A stretch of 57,294 bases of DNA from Candidatus Woesebacteria bacterium GW2011_GWB1_39_12 (GCA_000993405.1 LBWB01000002.1:1-57294), one strand, 5' to 3'. Positions 1-10,417 are shown, counted from the stretch's first letter. The notes: generated from the sequence alone by a model not told the origin. Program-made: numbers and translations.

Positions 1-563
1 AACGAATCGACAAAACCAATATCTAAAAGTTCATCGATCTGCCCTCTTTCTTCAAAAGTAAACATAGTATTATTCCTGTTCTGGTTCGGTCTTGCCAGAT
101 CAATGTCCTCATGGGCAACATTAAAATCCCCGCATAGAATTATTTCTTCATTTCTTCTATTCATCATTTCTTTATTTAATTTGTCATAAACCTCCAATTT
201 ATAATCCATATTTCTCTTATCTCTTGCTCCGTGAGGAATATATAAATTTATTAAACTAAAATCGGGGAATTTCAGTTCTAACATCCTTCCTTCTCTATCA
301 AACCTTTCAATTCCTAAATTTTTATTGACCAGTAAAGGTGCTTTCTTTGAATAAACTATAACACCGGCATAGCCTTTTTTAGCGGCAGAGTTACTGAAAA
401 ATGTGTAATCCTGAAGATAAATTAGATCGAAAGGCAGTTCAGATTCCTGTATTTTTATTTCCTGAAGGCATAAGATATCCGGATTTTCTTCTTTCACCCA
501 GTCCAAAAAACCCTTTTTCAGGACCGACCTCAACCCATTCACATTCCATGAAACAATTTTCAT
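1..563 (-). CDS. xth: Exodeoxyribonuclease III (AP endonuclease), 3' end runs off the window
   Basis: Not in the ORF track. Manual translation from ATG at 563 gives MKIVSWNVNGLRSVLKKGFLDWVKEENPDILCLQEIK, the ExoIII N-terminal motif. The ATG overlaps the upstream TGA. Confidence 0.9.
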   Translation of the reverse strand, partial: MKIVSWNVNGLRSVLKKGFLDWVKEENPDILCLQEIKIQESELPFDLIYLQDYTFFSNSAAKKGYAGVIVYSKKAPLLVNKNLGIERFDREGRMLELKFPDFSLINLYIPHGARDKRNMDYKLEVYDKLNKEMMNRRNEEIILCGDFNVAHEDIDLARPNQNRNNTMFTFEERGQIDELLDIGFVDS

Positions 564-1258
564 ACCAACCCTTCAATCCCAAATAATTTTAAAATCTTGT
601 TAGTTTTTGAAAACACTACTCGGTTTTTCTTCTTTACATGCTTTTCTTTAGTAAGTTCTGAAATTTGCTGAGCAATCTGATAAACATCTTTTTCGTACTT
701 ATCGAGGGGTGTTGAAATCATAACGGCCTCAGAATCAATATGAATTCCTAAACGAGACTGTAATTTAGCAAACCCAAACGAACTGTCAAAAATTGGAAAT
801 CCTTGGTAAAAACCCAATAACTTGCAGTGTTCGAGTACTCGTGCCAGAAATTCTTCCTTCAGGGGTAAGTTTTTGCTATTCTTTATTAGAAAATTTACTG
901 CTTTTTTTATTATCGACTCTCTCTTTTCATAATCCAGCCTATCTGTAGAAAACTTATTATAAAACGCTGCCAATTTGGATTTATTCCAATAGAAAGAAAT
1001 ATTATTTTGGGATCCCACAACCTCTCTCTGGTCAAAATATAAATGATAAGGAATGGATAAAATCCTTAAGGCTGGAATTAAAGTACTTGTGTTTGAAGAC
1101 GTTTGCAATTCAACTTCATCGGCTTTAATATCTCTTGTCTTATCATAAATCAAAATTCCATCTTCACCCCCTACATACTCTTTTCCATATACTTTTAAAC
1201 CTTTTAATTCAGAATTAAAGATTAGAACCTTCTTCTCAATTTGAATTTTGAATTTCAT
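560..1258 (-). CDS. Hypothetical protein
   Basis: 232-aa ORF tightly packed between murJ and xth in the same orientation; no recognised motif. Confidence 0.6.
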   Translation of the reverse strand: MKFKIQIEKKVLIFNSELKGLKVYGKEYVGGEDGILIYDKTRDIKADEVELQTSSNTSTLIPALRILSIPYHLYFDQREVVGSQNNISFYWNKSKLAAFYNKFSTDRLDYEKRESIIKKAVNFLIKNSKNLPLKEEFLARVLEHCKLLGFYQGFPIFDSSFGFAKLQSRLGIHIDSEAVMISTPLDKYEKDVYQIAQQISELTKEKHVKKKNRVVFSKTNKILKLFGIEGLV

Positions 1259-1260
1259 GT

Positions 1261-2985
1261 TTACGTGGTTGTATCAGTTGGTATTGGAGAAACTGGCTCT
1301 GTTTCTTTCTTTGGAATCGGCGTTACTTTTCTTCTTATAAATATCCTTCTCAAAAGACCTATGAATGTCCAAACTTCTTTGGAACCGAAGGCAAAACTTA
1401 ATCCTAAATAGATTACTGCTCCTGAAAATAGAACAAAAAAAGTTAGAGCTAGAAGATTAACGGTATAGCGAGTATCGAGAACAAATTTTTCAAAAGGCAG
1501 ATTCTGGATAATATCCAGTTTTCCAAGAAAAGAAAGCTGTTTTACCCAAACGCTCCTGTCAAAAAACTTTAATATAAAATACATAAATCCCCCAGAAATA
1601 ACTGAAGCAATGGATGCCTTAATAAAAGGGAAAAAAAGTTTAAAAGAAAAGTTATCAATTCTTTTATTAATTAAGTAAAAAAGGAGTATTGCCTGAAAAG
1701 TGGAACCTATTGTAAAAGCTAAAGCTAACCCCCAGATATCAGATTTAATCACTCTTATAAAAAGATAGTCGGCAATAAGGGTAATAAAGATGGAGATCAC
1801 TGAAATGACAACAGGCGTCTTTGTGTCGTGGAGAGCGTAAAAACCGCGAGCCAAGACAGCCGCTCCCGCCTGAAAAATTATTCCCACGGCAAAAGCCGAA
1901 ACCACATACCCCGTTTGGACGGTTGCATCCCACCCAAAAATATCGGTTCCATAAATAAGTCTTATTATGGGAATCCTTAAGACGATAAGAGCCGTTGACA
2001 CCGGCAAAATCAGAAACGCCATCTGATAAAGTGCGTCAAGAATCGTTTTTCTAAATTCCAAAAGATTATCTGTTTGCCTTGCAAGGGTGGGAAGTGCGGC
2101 TTTAGCGATTGAGGTTCCAAAAAGTCCGACAGGAAGAAGCTGTAAAGTATTACCAAATGTATAATAGGTATAAGCCGGAATGGAAATTAAGGACGCAAAT
2201 AAAAGTTCGGCACTTTTAGAAATCTGCAAAAATGAGGTTTCAACAAGTCTCGGAAGCGCGAGTTTTCCAATTCTTTTTACCTCGTCATTAATTTCAATTT
2301 TCGGTTTAAATCGAAAGCCAAGCTTCATCGCAAAAGGAAGCTGAATCAGAAAATGGGAGGATGCACCAATTACTACTCCCACAACAGGTGCAAAAAGTCC
2401 CAATTTTGATGAAAGCAACAAGGTGCCGAGAATTATTCCTAAATTGTAAAAAAGAGGAGCCAAAGCTGGAATAAGAAAACGTCTAAGGGATTCCAAAACC
2501 GCCGTTAAGACGTAACTTACAACAAAAAAACCCTGAGCCGCAAAAAGAATTCTTGCCAAACCGGCAACTTTTTGCTGATCCGCACTGGCAAATCCGGGTG
2601 CCAAAATTGTGTAAAATTTATCCGCACCAAATCCTAGAGAAAGAGAAAGAATTAGAAATATTATTATTCCCAAATTAACAATCGTGCTTGCAATATCCCA
2701 AGCTTTTTTTTCTCCTTTCCCCAAACTTTTAGTAAAAACAGGTATAAAAGCTGAAGAAAAGGTTCCAAAAACTAAAATCTCAAAAATCAAATCTGGAAGT
2801 CTAAAGGCTGCAAAAAATAAAGAAAGTTCGCTGGGCGTGAAGAAATGTGCTAAAACCCTTTGACGTACCAAGCCCAAAACTCTTGAGGCAACTACCATTA
2901 TCATAATAAGAGTCGCAGCAGAAAGAACTGAATCTTGGGGGCCGGTTAATAATTTTTTACCTCTGTCGATAATTTTATTCATCAT
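1261..2985 (-). CDS. murJ: Lipid II flippase MurJ/MviN
   Basis: SRVLGLVRQR, AAFRLPD, LPVGLFGTSIA and RGFYALHDTKTP motifs; about 14 hydrophobic segments. Confidence 0.9.
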   Translation of the reverse strand: MMNKIIDRGKKLLTGPQDSVLSAATLIMIMVVASRVLGLVRQRVLAHFFTPSELSLFFAAFRLPDLIFEILVFGTFSSAFIPVFTKSLGKGEKKAWDIASTIVNLGIIIFLILSLSLGFGADKFYTILAPGFASADQQKVAGLARILFAAQGFFVVSYVLTAVLESLRRFLIPALAPLFYNLGIILGTLLLSSKLGLFAPVVGVVIGASSHFLIQLPFAMKLGFRFKPKIEINDEVKRIGKLALPRLVETSFLQISKSAELLFASLISIPAYTYYTFGNTLQLLPVGLFGTSIAKAALPTLARQTDNLLEFRKTILDALYQMAFLILPVSTALIVLRIPIIRLIYGTDIFGWDATVQTGYVVSAFAVGIIFQAGAAVLARGFYALHDTKTPVVISVISIFITLIADYLFIRVIKSDIWGLALAFTIGSTFQAILLFYLINKRIDNFSFKLFFPFIKASIASVISGGFMYFILKFFDRSVWVKQLSFLGKLDIIQNLPFEKFVLDTRYTVNLLALTFFVLFSGAVIYLGLSFAFGSKEVWTFIGLLRRIFIRRKVTPIPKKETEPVSPIPTDTTT

Positions 2986-3114
2986 ATTTGCTATTCTGAA
3001 CTTGATAGATTATACTCACAAGCTAGTAAATAGTGAACAGTGTTTTGTTTGAAGTGATATCAAGAAATTTTTCTTTGCACTATACACAAACCACTAATCA
3101 CCAACCATCAACTC

Positions 3115-3432
3115 ATGCCTGTAACAAAAACAGCCAAAAGAGCCTTACGATCATCCACCAGAAAGCAAGCTTTTAATAAGAAAACATTAGCTTCGCTTGA
3201 GGTTGCAATTCGGCGAGCCAAAAAAAGTAAAACTACTGAAAATATCAAAAAGGCGTTTTCCCTTGCCGATCGCGCAGCCAAAAAGAAATTCATTCACAAA
3301 AATAAGGCCGCTAGAATAAAAAGTCGCCTGTCAACCCTTTTGCCAAAACAAAAATCCTCTACTTCAAAAGCTAAAACTAAAAAGAAACCAAAAACCATAA
3401 GATCTTCCAAGAAAAAGGCTACAAAAAAGTAA
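3115..3432 (+). CDS. rpsT: 30S ribosomal protein S20 with Lys-rich C-terminal extension
   Basis: KTAKRALR...DRAAKKKFIHKNKAARIKSRL S20 signature. Confidence 0.92.
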   Translation: MPVTKTAKRALRSSTRKQAFNKKTLASLEVAIRRAKKSKTTENIKKAFSLADRAAKKKFIHKNKAARIKSRLSTLLPKQKSSTSKAKTKKKPKTIRSSKKKATKK

Positions 3433-3485
3433 TCTTCTTTCGTTTCCTCTAATATGCTATATTTGATTTATAGTTAAAAGGTGAA

Positions 3486-3553
3486 TGGTAAAAGGTAAAT
3501 GACAAATAAGGATTTTTAAAATTCCTTTACCATTTACCCCTTGCCTTTTACCT
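3486..3553. repeat. Inverted pair of 7-nt tandem repeats
   Basis: tggtaaa-aggtaaa-tgacaaa, then a spacer, then tttacca-tttaccc-cttgcct-tttacc; the arms are imperfect reverse complements. Confidence 0.7.
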
Positions 3554-3560
3554 AACTGTT

Positions 3561-4106
3561 ATGTCTGCCCAAAAAGAAGAACAAATAAATCTACTGCCAC
3601 AAAAGGGTTTTCAGACAACGACAACCGGAAGAGTCTTGGCCTGGATTCTTTCAACGTTTAGGGTAATCGTGATAGTCACAGAAATTATCGTAATGATTGC
3701 ATTTCTGTCCCGTTTCTGGTTAGACGCTCAAAACTCGGATCTTGACGATGATCTTGAACGAAAACAATCTCTTCTCACGGCGTCATTGAGTTTTGAAAAT
3801 GAATTTAGAGATACACAAAAACGATTAACAATTTTTTCCCAGCTCGTTTCAAAACAAGAAAACTTAGCCTCTACTCTTGAAAAAATAACCAGATATTTAC
3901 CCCAGGATTTGTTTCTCAAGACGGTAAATTTTTCTGACAATTCTTTTCAAATCGACGGCATCTCTCCAAACGAAACAAATATTCAACAGTATATTGTAAA
4001 CCTACAATCAACCGGAAGCTTTAGCGATATTGGCATAAGGGAAATAAAATCAGATCCTAAAGATCCTAATATACTTAAATTCTCATTTATCGCCCAACTT
4101 AAATAA
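3561..4106 (+). CDS. PilN-like type IV pilus alignment protein
   Basis: INLLP N-terminal motif, single TM, coiled coil, then a PilN-like domain (LPQDLFL...IDG). Confidence 0.7.
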   Translation: MSAQKEEQINLLPQKGFQTTTTGRVLAWILSTFRVIVIVTEIIVMIAFLSRFWLDAQNSDLDDDLERKQSLLTASLSFENEFRDTQKRLTIFSQLVSKQENLASTLEKITRYLPQDLFLKTVNFSDNSFQIDGISPNETNIQQYIVNLQSTGSFSDIGIREIKSDPKDPNILKFSFIAQLK

Positions 4107-4121
4107 AGACGGGCTTAAACC

Positions 4122-4808
4122 ATGAATCCTGGTTGGAGAAATAACTATTTACGTTATAAATCATATTTTTTAAATGTCGCTGGGTCGTATAGAGAAAGAG
4201 CCGACATTAAGGTTTATTTAGAAATTCTACTCTCTCTTGCCACAATCTCCGTTTTTAGCATTTTTGCCCTAAGACCAACCATATTAACAATTGCGGAACT
4301 GATCAAGGATATCGAAGCCAAGCGTGAGACCGTTACCAAAATGGAAGAAAAAATTCGCAATCTATCACAGGCTCAAAGTCTTTATGATAGAGAAAGAGCA
4401 AAAATAGTCATTCTCAAAAGCGCCATTCCAGAAAAAGCAGAAGCTTTAATCTTTGCCCGACAGATTGAAGGCCTATCAGAAAAACACGCTTCAACCGTCT
4501 TGGGGATAACCACCGACGAAGCGTTAATAAAAGGGGTCGATCCTAATATAGGAACAGCTAGCAACAGCAAAAGTTCCCAAAGCCAAGAACCTTTTCCGGA
4601 AGGAGCTGGCGGATTAACGTTTAGCGTTAATACAAGCGCTCTTCCAGAAGAATATAGAAAAATTCCAAATTTTCTTAGCGACGTTGAGAAATTCAGAAGA
4701 CCAGTACAGATTGATTATTTAAGCATAACTATAGAAGAGAAAGAAGAACAAAAAACACTCGTTCTGACACTTGAGGGAAGACTTCCCTTTTTTAGCTTAA
4801 ACAAATAA
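4122..4808 (+). CDS. PilO-like type IV pilus alignment protein
   Basis: Follows the pilN-like gene; single TM, coiled coil, and FLSDVEKFRRPVQID resembling the PilO C-terminus. Confidence 0.65.
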   Translation: MNPGWRNNYLRYKSYFLNVAGSYRERADIKVYLEILLSLATISVFSIFALRPTILTIAELIKDIEAKRETVTKMEEKIRNLSQAQSLYDRERAKIVILKSAIPEKAEALIFARQIEGLSEKHASTVLGITTDEALIKGVDPNIGTASNSKSSQSQEPFPEGAGGLTFSVNTSALPEEYRKIPNFLSDVEKFRRPVQIDYLSITIEEKEEQKTLVLTLEGRLPFFSLNK

Positions 4809-4815
4809 GAACAGT

Positions 4816-5142
4816 ATGAAAAAACCAAAAGCACCACGTCTAGTAACTGTCGCCATATTTACAACTATTACAACCATTTTTTGGATATTTTTCAGTCTTT
4901 ACAGAATATTAGCTACAGAATCTCCACCTAAAGTCGATTCCAAACTATTAGAACCAATTAGTCCTGAACTGGACAGAGACTCTCTGAATAAATTAGAAGA
5001 AAGAGTTTTTTTTGAAGAATCCGATATAACAAAGCCGTTTCTGGTCCCGCTATTACCAATTCCGACAGGTATATCCGAAGAACAACCTCCTGAAGAAACT
5101 ATCGAAGAATCCACAGAGTCAGCAAGCGTCACAGAAATATAG
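4816..5142 (+). CDS. Small single-TM protein (pilP position)
   Basis: N-terminal TM, acidic tail, operonic with the pilN/pilO-like genes. Confidence 0.55.
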   Translation: MKKPKAPRLVTVAIFTTITTIFWIFFSLYRILATESPPKVDSKLLEPISPELDRDSLNKLEERVFFEESDITKPFLVPLLPIPTGISEEQPPEETIEESTESASVTEI

Positions 5143-5167
5143 AAATTCAATATCAGAAGCAAAGCCA

Positions 5168-5196
5168 TTGACTGAAAGGTCTTTCCCTCATATCAT
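5168..5196 (+). promoter_or_regulatory. Sigma70-type promoter
   Basis: TTGACT-17 nt-TATCAT upstream of the 5219 ATG. Confidence 0.55.
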
Positions 5197-5218
5197 AAAT
5201 TAAGGAAATTTATCTAAG

Positions 5219-6229
5219 ATGTCTGACGATTATCTAAAAAAGAGTGCAAGTACACCAAGTATCCAAGATTCCACTGATACCGTGGTCCCAGCTATTACAA
5301 CTCCACCCACAGATCAAGGATCATCGTCACCATTTCTTCAAACTCAGACATCTGCAACTACTGATCAGCAAACAACCGTACAAAATCCTGTAAACACAGA
5401 TGATGGTCAAAATACTCCGTTGCCGACCGTCGAACCAGAATCTGTGGTTACTGCTCCACACGCACCAAAAAAATACGGCGGAAAAAAAATCATAGCCACG
5501 ATTTTTGGACTGCTACTTTTGATCGGCGGAGTTGCAGCAGGTGTCATTTTAGTCCAACGTCAACAAGAAATCTCAGAAAGGGCAGCCAGCGGACAAGAAT
5601 GTTCCCAGTCGCCAAACTGCATCTTGTTGGATGAACCGGGAAATTCTGGAAGTTTCATCGCGCCTCGAACAATAAAAGCAGTACTTATCACCGCACAAGG
5701 TGCCTTTGCTTATCCGCCTGGTGACACAAACGATGGCTGCTACCACGTTGTGATCGACGGAACTTACCTATCCTGGAATAGAATAGGATCAGGTCCTGAT
5801 TGCAAAGACGTAAGTAATGTCCAAGTAAAAATGGTCGAAGAAGAGCAGGTAACTCCTACCCCGACACCTTCTCCAACCGAGGCTCCCCCACCTCCCGGAG
5901 AAACACCAACTCCCAAACCAACCTCCCCGCCAGTCATAAGCGCGAAGTGCTTAAATGTCAAAGTCTATGATGCCAGCTGGAATGCATTATCATCGGATGA
6001 TCTCAAAAATCTTTCTCCTGGGGACACGGTTCGCTTTGCAGTCGCCGGGGAAGCAACAAGCGGCTCATTCGATAAGGCACGTTTCAGTCTAAATAATTCT
6101 TCCCTTGGAGAAACGTCAAATAAAAAGCCTGGGACACAAGAATTCTATGTTGAGTACGAAATTCCAGAAAACATTACTAATTTCTCGGTAAAAGGCGAGG
6201 TTCATCACAGCGAACTCGGCTGGATTTAA
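5219..6229 (+). CDS. Membrane-anchored surface protein with disordered N-terminus and PT-rich linker
   Basis: S/T/P/Q-rich N-terminus, TM IIATIFGLLLLIGGVAAGVILV, Cys-containing domains separated by a PTPTP linker. Confidence 0.7.
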   Translation: MSDDYLKKSASTPSIQDSTDTVVPAITTPPTDQGSSSPFLQTQTSATTDQQTTVQNPVNTDDGQNTPLPTVEPESVVTAPHAPKKYGGKKIIATIFGLLLLIGGVAAGVILVQRQQEISERAASGQECSQSPNCILLDEPGNSGSFIAPRTIKAVLITAQGAFAYPPGDTNDGCYHVVIDGTYLSWNRIGSGPDCKDVSNVQVKMVEEEQVTPTPTPSPTEAPPPPGETPTPKPTSPPVISAKCLNVKVYDASWNALSSDDLKNLSPGDTVRFAVAGEATSGSFDKARFSLNNSSLGETSNKKPGTQEFYVEYEIPENITNFSVKGEVHHSELGWI

Positions 6230-6243
6230 AAGTATAAATTAAT

Positions 6244-6948
6244 ATGCAAGAATTTTTAAAAGGAAAAATAGTAACAGGACTCATAGTTATTGCCACGGTG
6301 ATTTTGGCGGGAGTTGCCATATTTACAGCCTTAAGGCTTTATCAACTAAGGAGAGAGTCCATATCCCCGACTTCACCTGAAAGCCAACCTCAAGCCTGGG
6401 ATTGCAGCAAATATACATTTGCGCTCGATGCTAATGGCGTTGTTACAGTAACCAATAGTTCTTCCCAAAACGAACCACCTCAAGAAGCCAAGATATATAT
6501 AAATGAAGCTCTGGTTGCTACTTTTGACGTACCCGCACTGTCCCAAGGACAAGATGCAACACTTGGAACAGTACAAGTACCAACCGGAGAGTTCAACTGG
6601 AAAATTATCGGAACTAAAGATTGTCAAAACTCTGGTGGTTCATCTTCAGGTCCAAAGTCTTGCGAGCTTTTGACTTTTAGTATTTCAAAAGCTACGCCTA
6701 CGCCAACAACTGAATTAACCCCCACTCCGACCGATCGACCGATAGGGGGCAACAGTCCGACGCCCACACCAAACGAAGCCCCCACCTCAACATCGACTCC
6801 TACGCCAACAACCGGAGGAGGAGTGTCGGCAGCTTCTCCCACACCGGGAGGCGCAGCACTTCCGAGTGCCGGGGTAGCTCTTCCGACAATATTAAGCTTT
6901 ACAGTCGGGATTGTTCTTCTTTTGGGGGCAGTCCTTCTCGCAATATGA
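6244..6948 (+). CDS. Surface protein with PT-rich linker and LPxAG-type C-terminal sorting signal
   Basis: N-terminal TM, PT repeats, C-terminal LPSAG followed by a hydrophobic helix. Confidence 0.7.
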   Translation: MQEFLKGKIVTGLIVIATVILAGVAIFTALRLYQLRRESISPTSPESQPQAWDCSKYTFALDANGVVTVTNSSSQNEPPQEAKIYINEALVATFDVPALSQGQDATLGTVQVPTGEFNWKIIGTKDCQNSGGSSSGPKSCELLTFSISKATPTPTTELTPTPTDRPIGGNSPTPTPNEAPTSTSTPTPTTGGGVSAASPTPGGAALPSAGVALPTILSFTVGIVLLLGAVLLAI

Positions 6949-6976
6949 TCTCCAGTTTATATTGATCCTATTACAT

Positions 6977-8566
6977 TTATTGAAATGCACGAGGGTCGGT
7001 GTTTTTAATCTTATGAAAAATATTAGCCGTTGTTATCTCCTTTTCCTGAGTTATTTTTCTTTTTTCGACTGTAAAATAGCCAAACGTCTCCCTTTCCACA
7101 ACCTCACTTCTCTCATCTTCAAGCATCTGAGTAACTTTTACGTAGAAATTATCACTTGTTGCAATTGGTTCTATTATCAAAAAGTGCCAGTCAACGTCAG
7201 TTTTGGGGGCAAAGGGGATATCAGATCCCGGAATTTCGCTTGATTGATCAACTCCCCACCAGGCAGGCATATGGTGGTATGTTGATTTCCCATACCAGTT
7301 AAAAAGAGCGGCCCAGGTAGTATTTACAAATAAAGGTGCCGTAACAGTGTTAATCCTAAATGGTTTTCCCTCAGACTCTCGATACACCCAGTCAATCACC
7401 TTGAGCTCGTCACCCAGAATCATTTGTTTCTGGACGGTAAAAAGAACGTCCCCTTCTTTGCCTTTCGAAAAGAGAAGATTGACATTTCCAGCAAAGATAA
7501 TGATCAATACTATCAAAAACAATACCGATTGCTTTTTTTGCAGCTGAACCAGGTAATATGCGGTAAGGATTATTATCCCTGCGAGTGCTCCAATGCTAAT
7601 ATATTGCGCATTAGGCACGGGAAACAAAAACAAAGCAATTGGAGAAAGTATCCATATTCCTAAAAAAAGCATGGGGTTTCTCAACGCCCTTTCTTTCATC
7701 AACTGAAAAGTAAGATAAAAAGTAACAAGCATCATAAATCCTGCAAAAAAGAGATTGATTCCCCAAATATTCAAGAAAAAGAGTTCTGCGAGGCGGTCAA
7801 TATATGATGTAAATTTTTCTACAAAACTTGCGTCAAAAATAGACTGAGCTTTAAAAAATCCCAACAAACTTTTTGTTCCTTGAAATTTAAACTTTATTTC
7901 CGATGCAATAAATGTCGAAAACGTTGCCAGAACTCCGACGGCGCTTACTATATACGTTCGACGCGTTACACGGGGCATAATAAACCCTTTTATACCCACC
8001 CAGATAGTTACAAATATCAAAATCTGGTAGATCATAAAAATCTGGAGCTGCACAGATAGGCCCCACGATATTAAGAGTATAGGAAACGCCCAAGCTTTCC
8101 CTCTGATGAGCTTATTCAAAGCCCAAAAAGAGATTGCGATAATCAAAAGAGCAGGTGCAGGATTAGAAAGCCATCGGGCATATTGTATTGCTTCAAAAGA
8201 CACCGCAAATAAAAGGCACGAAAGAAGCGAAACTTTTTTGTTTTTAAATAAGTCGTAAGCAAGATCATAAATGAAATAGAGAGTTAACATGTTTAAAAAA
8301 ATGAGAAACAGCCGAACTGCCCAAACATTACCGCTCGTGAAATGGTAAATTGGCGAAATAAGGTACCAATATAAAGGCCCGTGGTGTAATCCTGCAATGT
8401 CCGTATTGGGCCCGAGAAGTTTGACAGAATCATTCTGCCAAATATTCATAGCTACCAAAGAATCACGCGCCTGGTCCCAAGAAAAAGTCAGAGAGTCTCG
8501 AAAGTATAACAATCGAAGAGTCAGAGCAGTCGCAATAATTATAAAAATTGCAATTTTAGTTTTCAT
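6977..8566 (-). CDS. GT-C fold glycosyltransferase (ArnT/PMT-like, GT39-type)
   Basis: DQARD motif after TM1, GPLYWYL, many TM helices. Confidence 0.75.
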   Translation of the reverse strand: MKTKIAIFIIIATALTLRLLYFRDSLTFSWDQARDSLVAMNIWQNDSVKLLGPNTDIAGLHHGPLYWYLISPIYHFTSGNVWAVRLFLIFLNMLTLYFIYDLAYDLFKNKKVSLLSCLLFAVSFEAIQYARWLSNPAPALLIIAISFWALNKLIRGKAWAFPILLISWGLSVQLQIFMIYQILIFVTIWVGIKGFIMPRVTRRTYIVSAVGVLATFSTFIASEIKFKFQGTKSLLGFFKAQSIFDASFVEKFTSYIDRLAELFFLNIWGINLFFAGFMMLVTFYLTFQLMKERALRNPMLFLGIWILSPIALFLFPVPNAQYISIGALAGIIILTAYYLVQLQKKQSVLFLIVLIIIFAGNVNLLFSKGKEGDVLFTVQKQMILGDELKVIDWVYRESEGKPFRINTVTAPLFVNTTWAALFNWYGKSTYHHMPAWWGVDQSSEIPGSDIPFAPKTDVDWHFLIIEPIATSDNFYVKVTQMLEDERSEVVERETFGYFTVEKRKITQEKEITTANIFHKIKNTDPRAFQ

Positions 8567-8752
8567 TCTCTAAAAAGTGTAAGTATATATAATAAACGTA
8601 TTTTATTATATTTTTGTGCGGCAAAAAAGAAACAGGCGAAAAATATAAAACTGCGAATTATTTGAATTAACCGACGTTAAGCTCAAAAACAAATACATAA
8701 GACTTTGTATACTCGAGGGAGAGGTGTATAAATTGATATACTTCAACATGGA

Positions 8753-10417
8753 ATGATCATCCTAAAAATTTTCAAAAAAATAAATTGTTTTGAAATGACA
8801 CTTTTTCTTTTACTTTTTGTATTTTCAAGCTTCTTGATGTGGAAAACATTTCAGGTTACACCGGAAGGAGATCTAAAATTAGCCTCAAGAGTTTGGAGCG
8901 ATTTTGCGGCAACAATTCCCTTAATAAGATCTTTTTCATTCGGTTCTAATTTTCCACCCGAGTATCCAATTTTTGCAGGACCCCCAATTCGTTATCATTT
9001 TCTATTTTTTGCAGCTGTTGGTTTATTAGAAAAAACCGGCATTAGACTCGACTTAGCTCTAAATTCTCTAAGTACGATATCCTTTTTCCTATTAACGATT
9101 GCAATCTATTACCTGGGCAAAATGGTTTTTAAAAGTAAAAAGGTTGGTATCCTCTCGGTTATACTTTTTCTTTTTAACGGTTCCTGGGGATTTTTAGAAT
9201 TTTTTAAAAAAAATCCTATATCCCTGAATATTCTAGACGATATAGTGAAAAATAGAGAATTCTCCTCTTTCGGACCGTATGACGGAAAAATTGTTTCAGC
9301 TTTCTGGAGTCTTAATATTTTCACTAATCAAAGACACCTAGGCTTAGCTTATGCCGCATTTCTCTTTCTCATGTTATTTTTATATAGATATTCCAAAAAA
9401 CCCAGGAAGCTCACCTTGAATAAAATTTGCATCCTGGGCATCATTCTCGGACTCTTTCCTTTTATCCATATGGCTGTTTTCGGAATGATGGGAATAGCCA
9501 TCCTAGTAGCTTTTTTAATATTTCCGAAGATAAGAATTAATATTTTTGCTTTGGGCTGTATTGCACTTATTCTTGCCATTCCTCAATTTCTATATATGGG
9601 AGAGAGTGAGGTACAAACTTCTCTTATCCGCCTGGGTTACCTTCTTGAGGACAAAACTTTTATAGGCTTTTTAAAATACTGGCTGATGAATTTTGGATTT
9701 ACATTAATTCTTGCTCCAATCGGCTTCGTCATAGCCAAAAAGCCCCAAAAGAAAATTGCTTTGCCTTTTTTGGCACTTTTTGTAGCCGGAAATATTTTCC
9801 AGTTTTCACCCGAAGTTGCAGCTAATCATAAATTTTTTAATCTCTTTATAATCGGAGCAAACCTATTTACAGCATACTTCTTATTTAGACTTTGGAAGTT
9901 GAAATCTCTAAATAAAGTAGTTAAAACTCTCTTACTCTTACCCTTACTCTTACTTCTAACTCTTACTGGCCTCATAGATTTTTTTCCGATTGTAAACGAC
10001 TCACTTTTGGTATTAAAAGATCACCGAAATAACCCAACCATATCCTTTATTCTCAATAACACCCCTAAAGATTCTGTCTTTTTAAATTCTTCATATCTTT
10101 ACCATCCAGCCTCTTTAGCGGGGAGAAAAATCTTCATGGGTTGGCCATACTTTTCCTGGTCTGCGGGATATGATACTGATAAACGGGGAAAAGAGCTTGA
10201 CAGAATTTACACCTCGAATGAGAAAGAAAAAGTCTGTTATCTTTTGAAGAAAAACAACATTGATTATTTTACTATCCAGGATACAAGTCGTGACCGTGAT
10301 TTTACCAAAATAAATGTTGTCTTTTTCAACAATAATTTCACACCTATTTATAAAGATTTGGCAGGCGCCATTTCCATATTTGAGGTCAAAACAAACTGCA
10401 CTACCACTCACCTATGA
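8753..10417 (+). CDS. Multi-pass membrane protein, probable GT-C glycosyltransferase
   Basis: WSDFAATIPLIRSF...NFPPEYP...PIRYHF loop, many TMs, soluble C-terminal domain. Confidence 0.65.
   Translation: MIILKIFKKINCFEMTLFLLLFVFSSFLMWKTFQVTPEGDLKLASRVWSDFAATIPLIRSFSFGSNFPPEYPIFAGPPIRYHFLFFAAVGLLEKTGIRLDLALNSLSTISFFLLTIAIYYLGKMVFKSKKVGILSVILFLFNGSWGFLEFFKKNPISLNILDDIVKNREFSSFGPYDGKIVSAFWSLNIFTNQRHLGLAYAAFLFLMLFLYRYSKKPRKLTLNKICILGIILGLFPFIHMAVFGMMGIAILVAFLIFPKIRINIFALGCIALILAIPQFLYMGESEVQTSLIRLGYLLEDKTFIGFLKYWLMNFGFTLILAPIGFVIAKKPQKKIALPFLALFVAGNIFQFSPEVAANHKFFNLFIIGANLFTAYFLFRLWKLKSLNKVVKTLLLLPLLLLLTLTGLIDFFPIVNDSLLVLKDHRNNPTISFILNNTPKDSVFLNSSYLYHPASLAGRKIFMGWPYFSWSAGYDTDKRGKELDRIYTSNEKEKVCYLLKKNNIDYFTIQDTSRDRDFTKINVVFFNNNFTPIYKDLAGAISIFEVKTNCTTTHL

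Noticed and set aside
5845-6845. PT/PTP DNA repeats as mobile or contingency repeats
   Set aside because: Codons vary between units; they are ordinary low-complexity protein linkers
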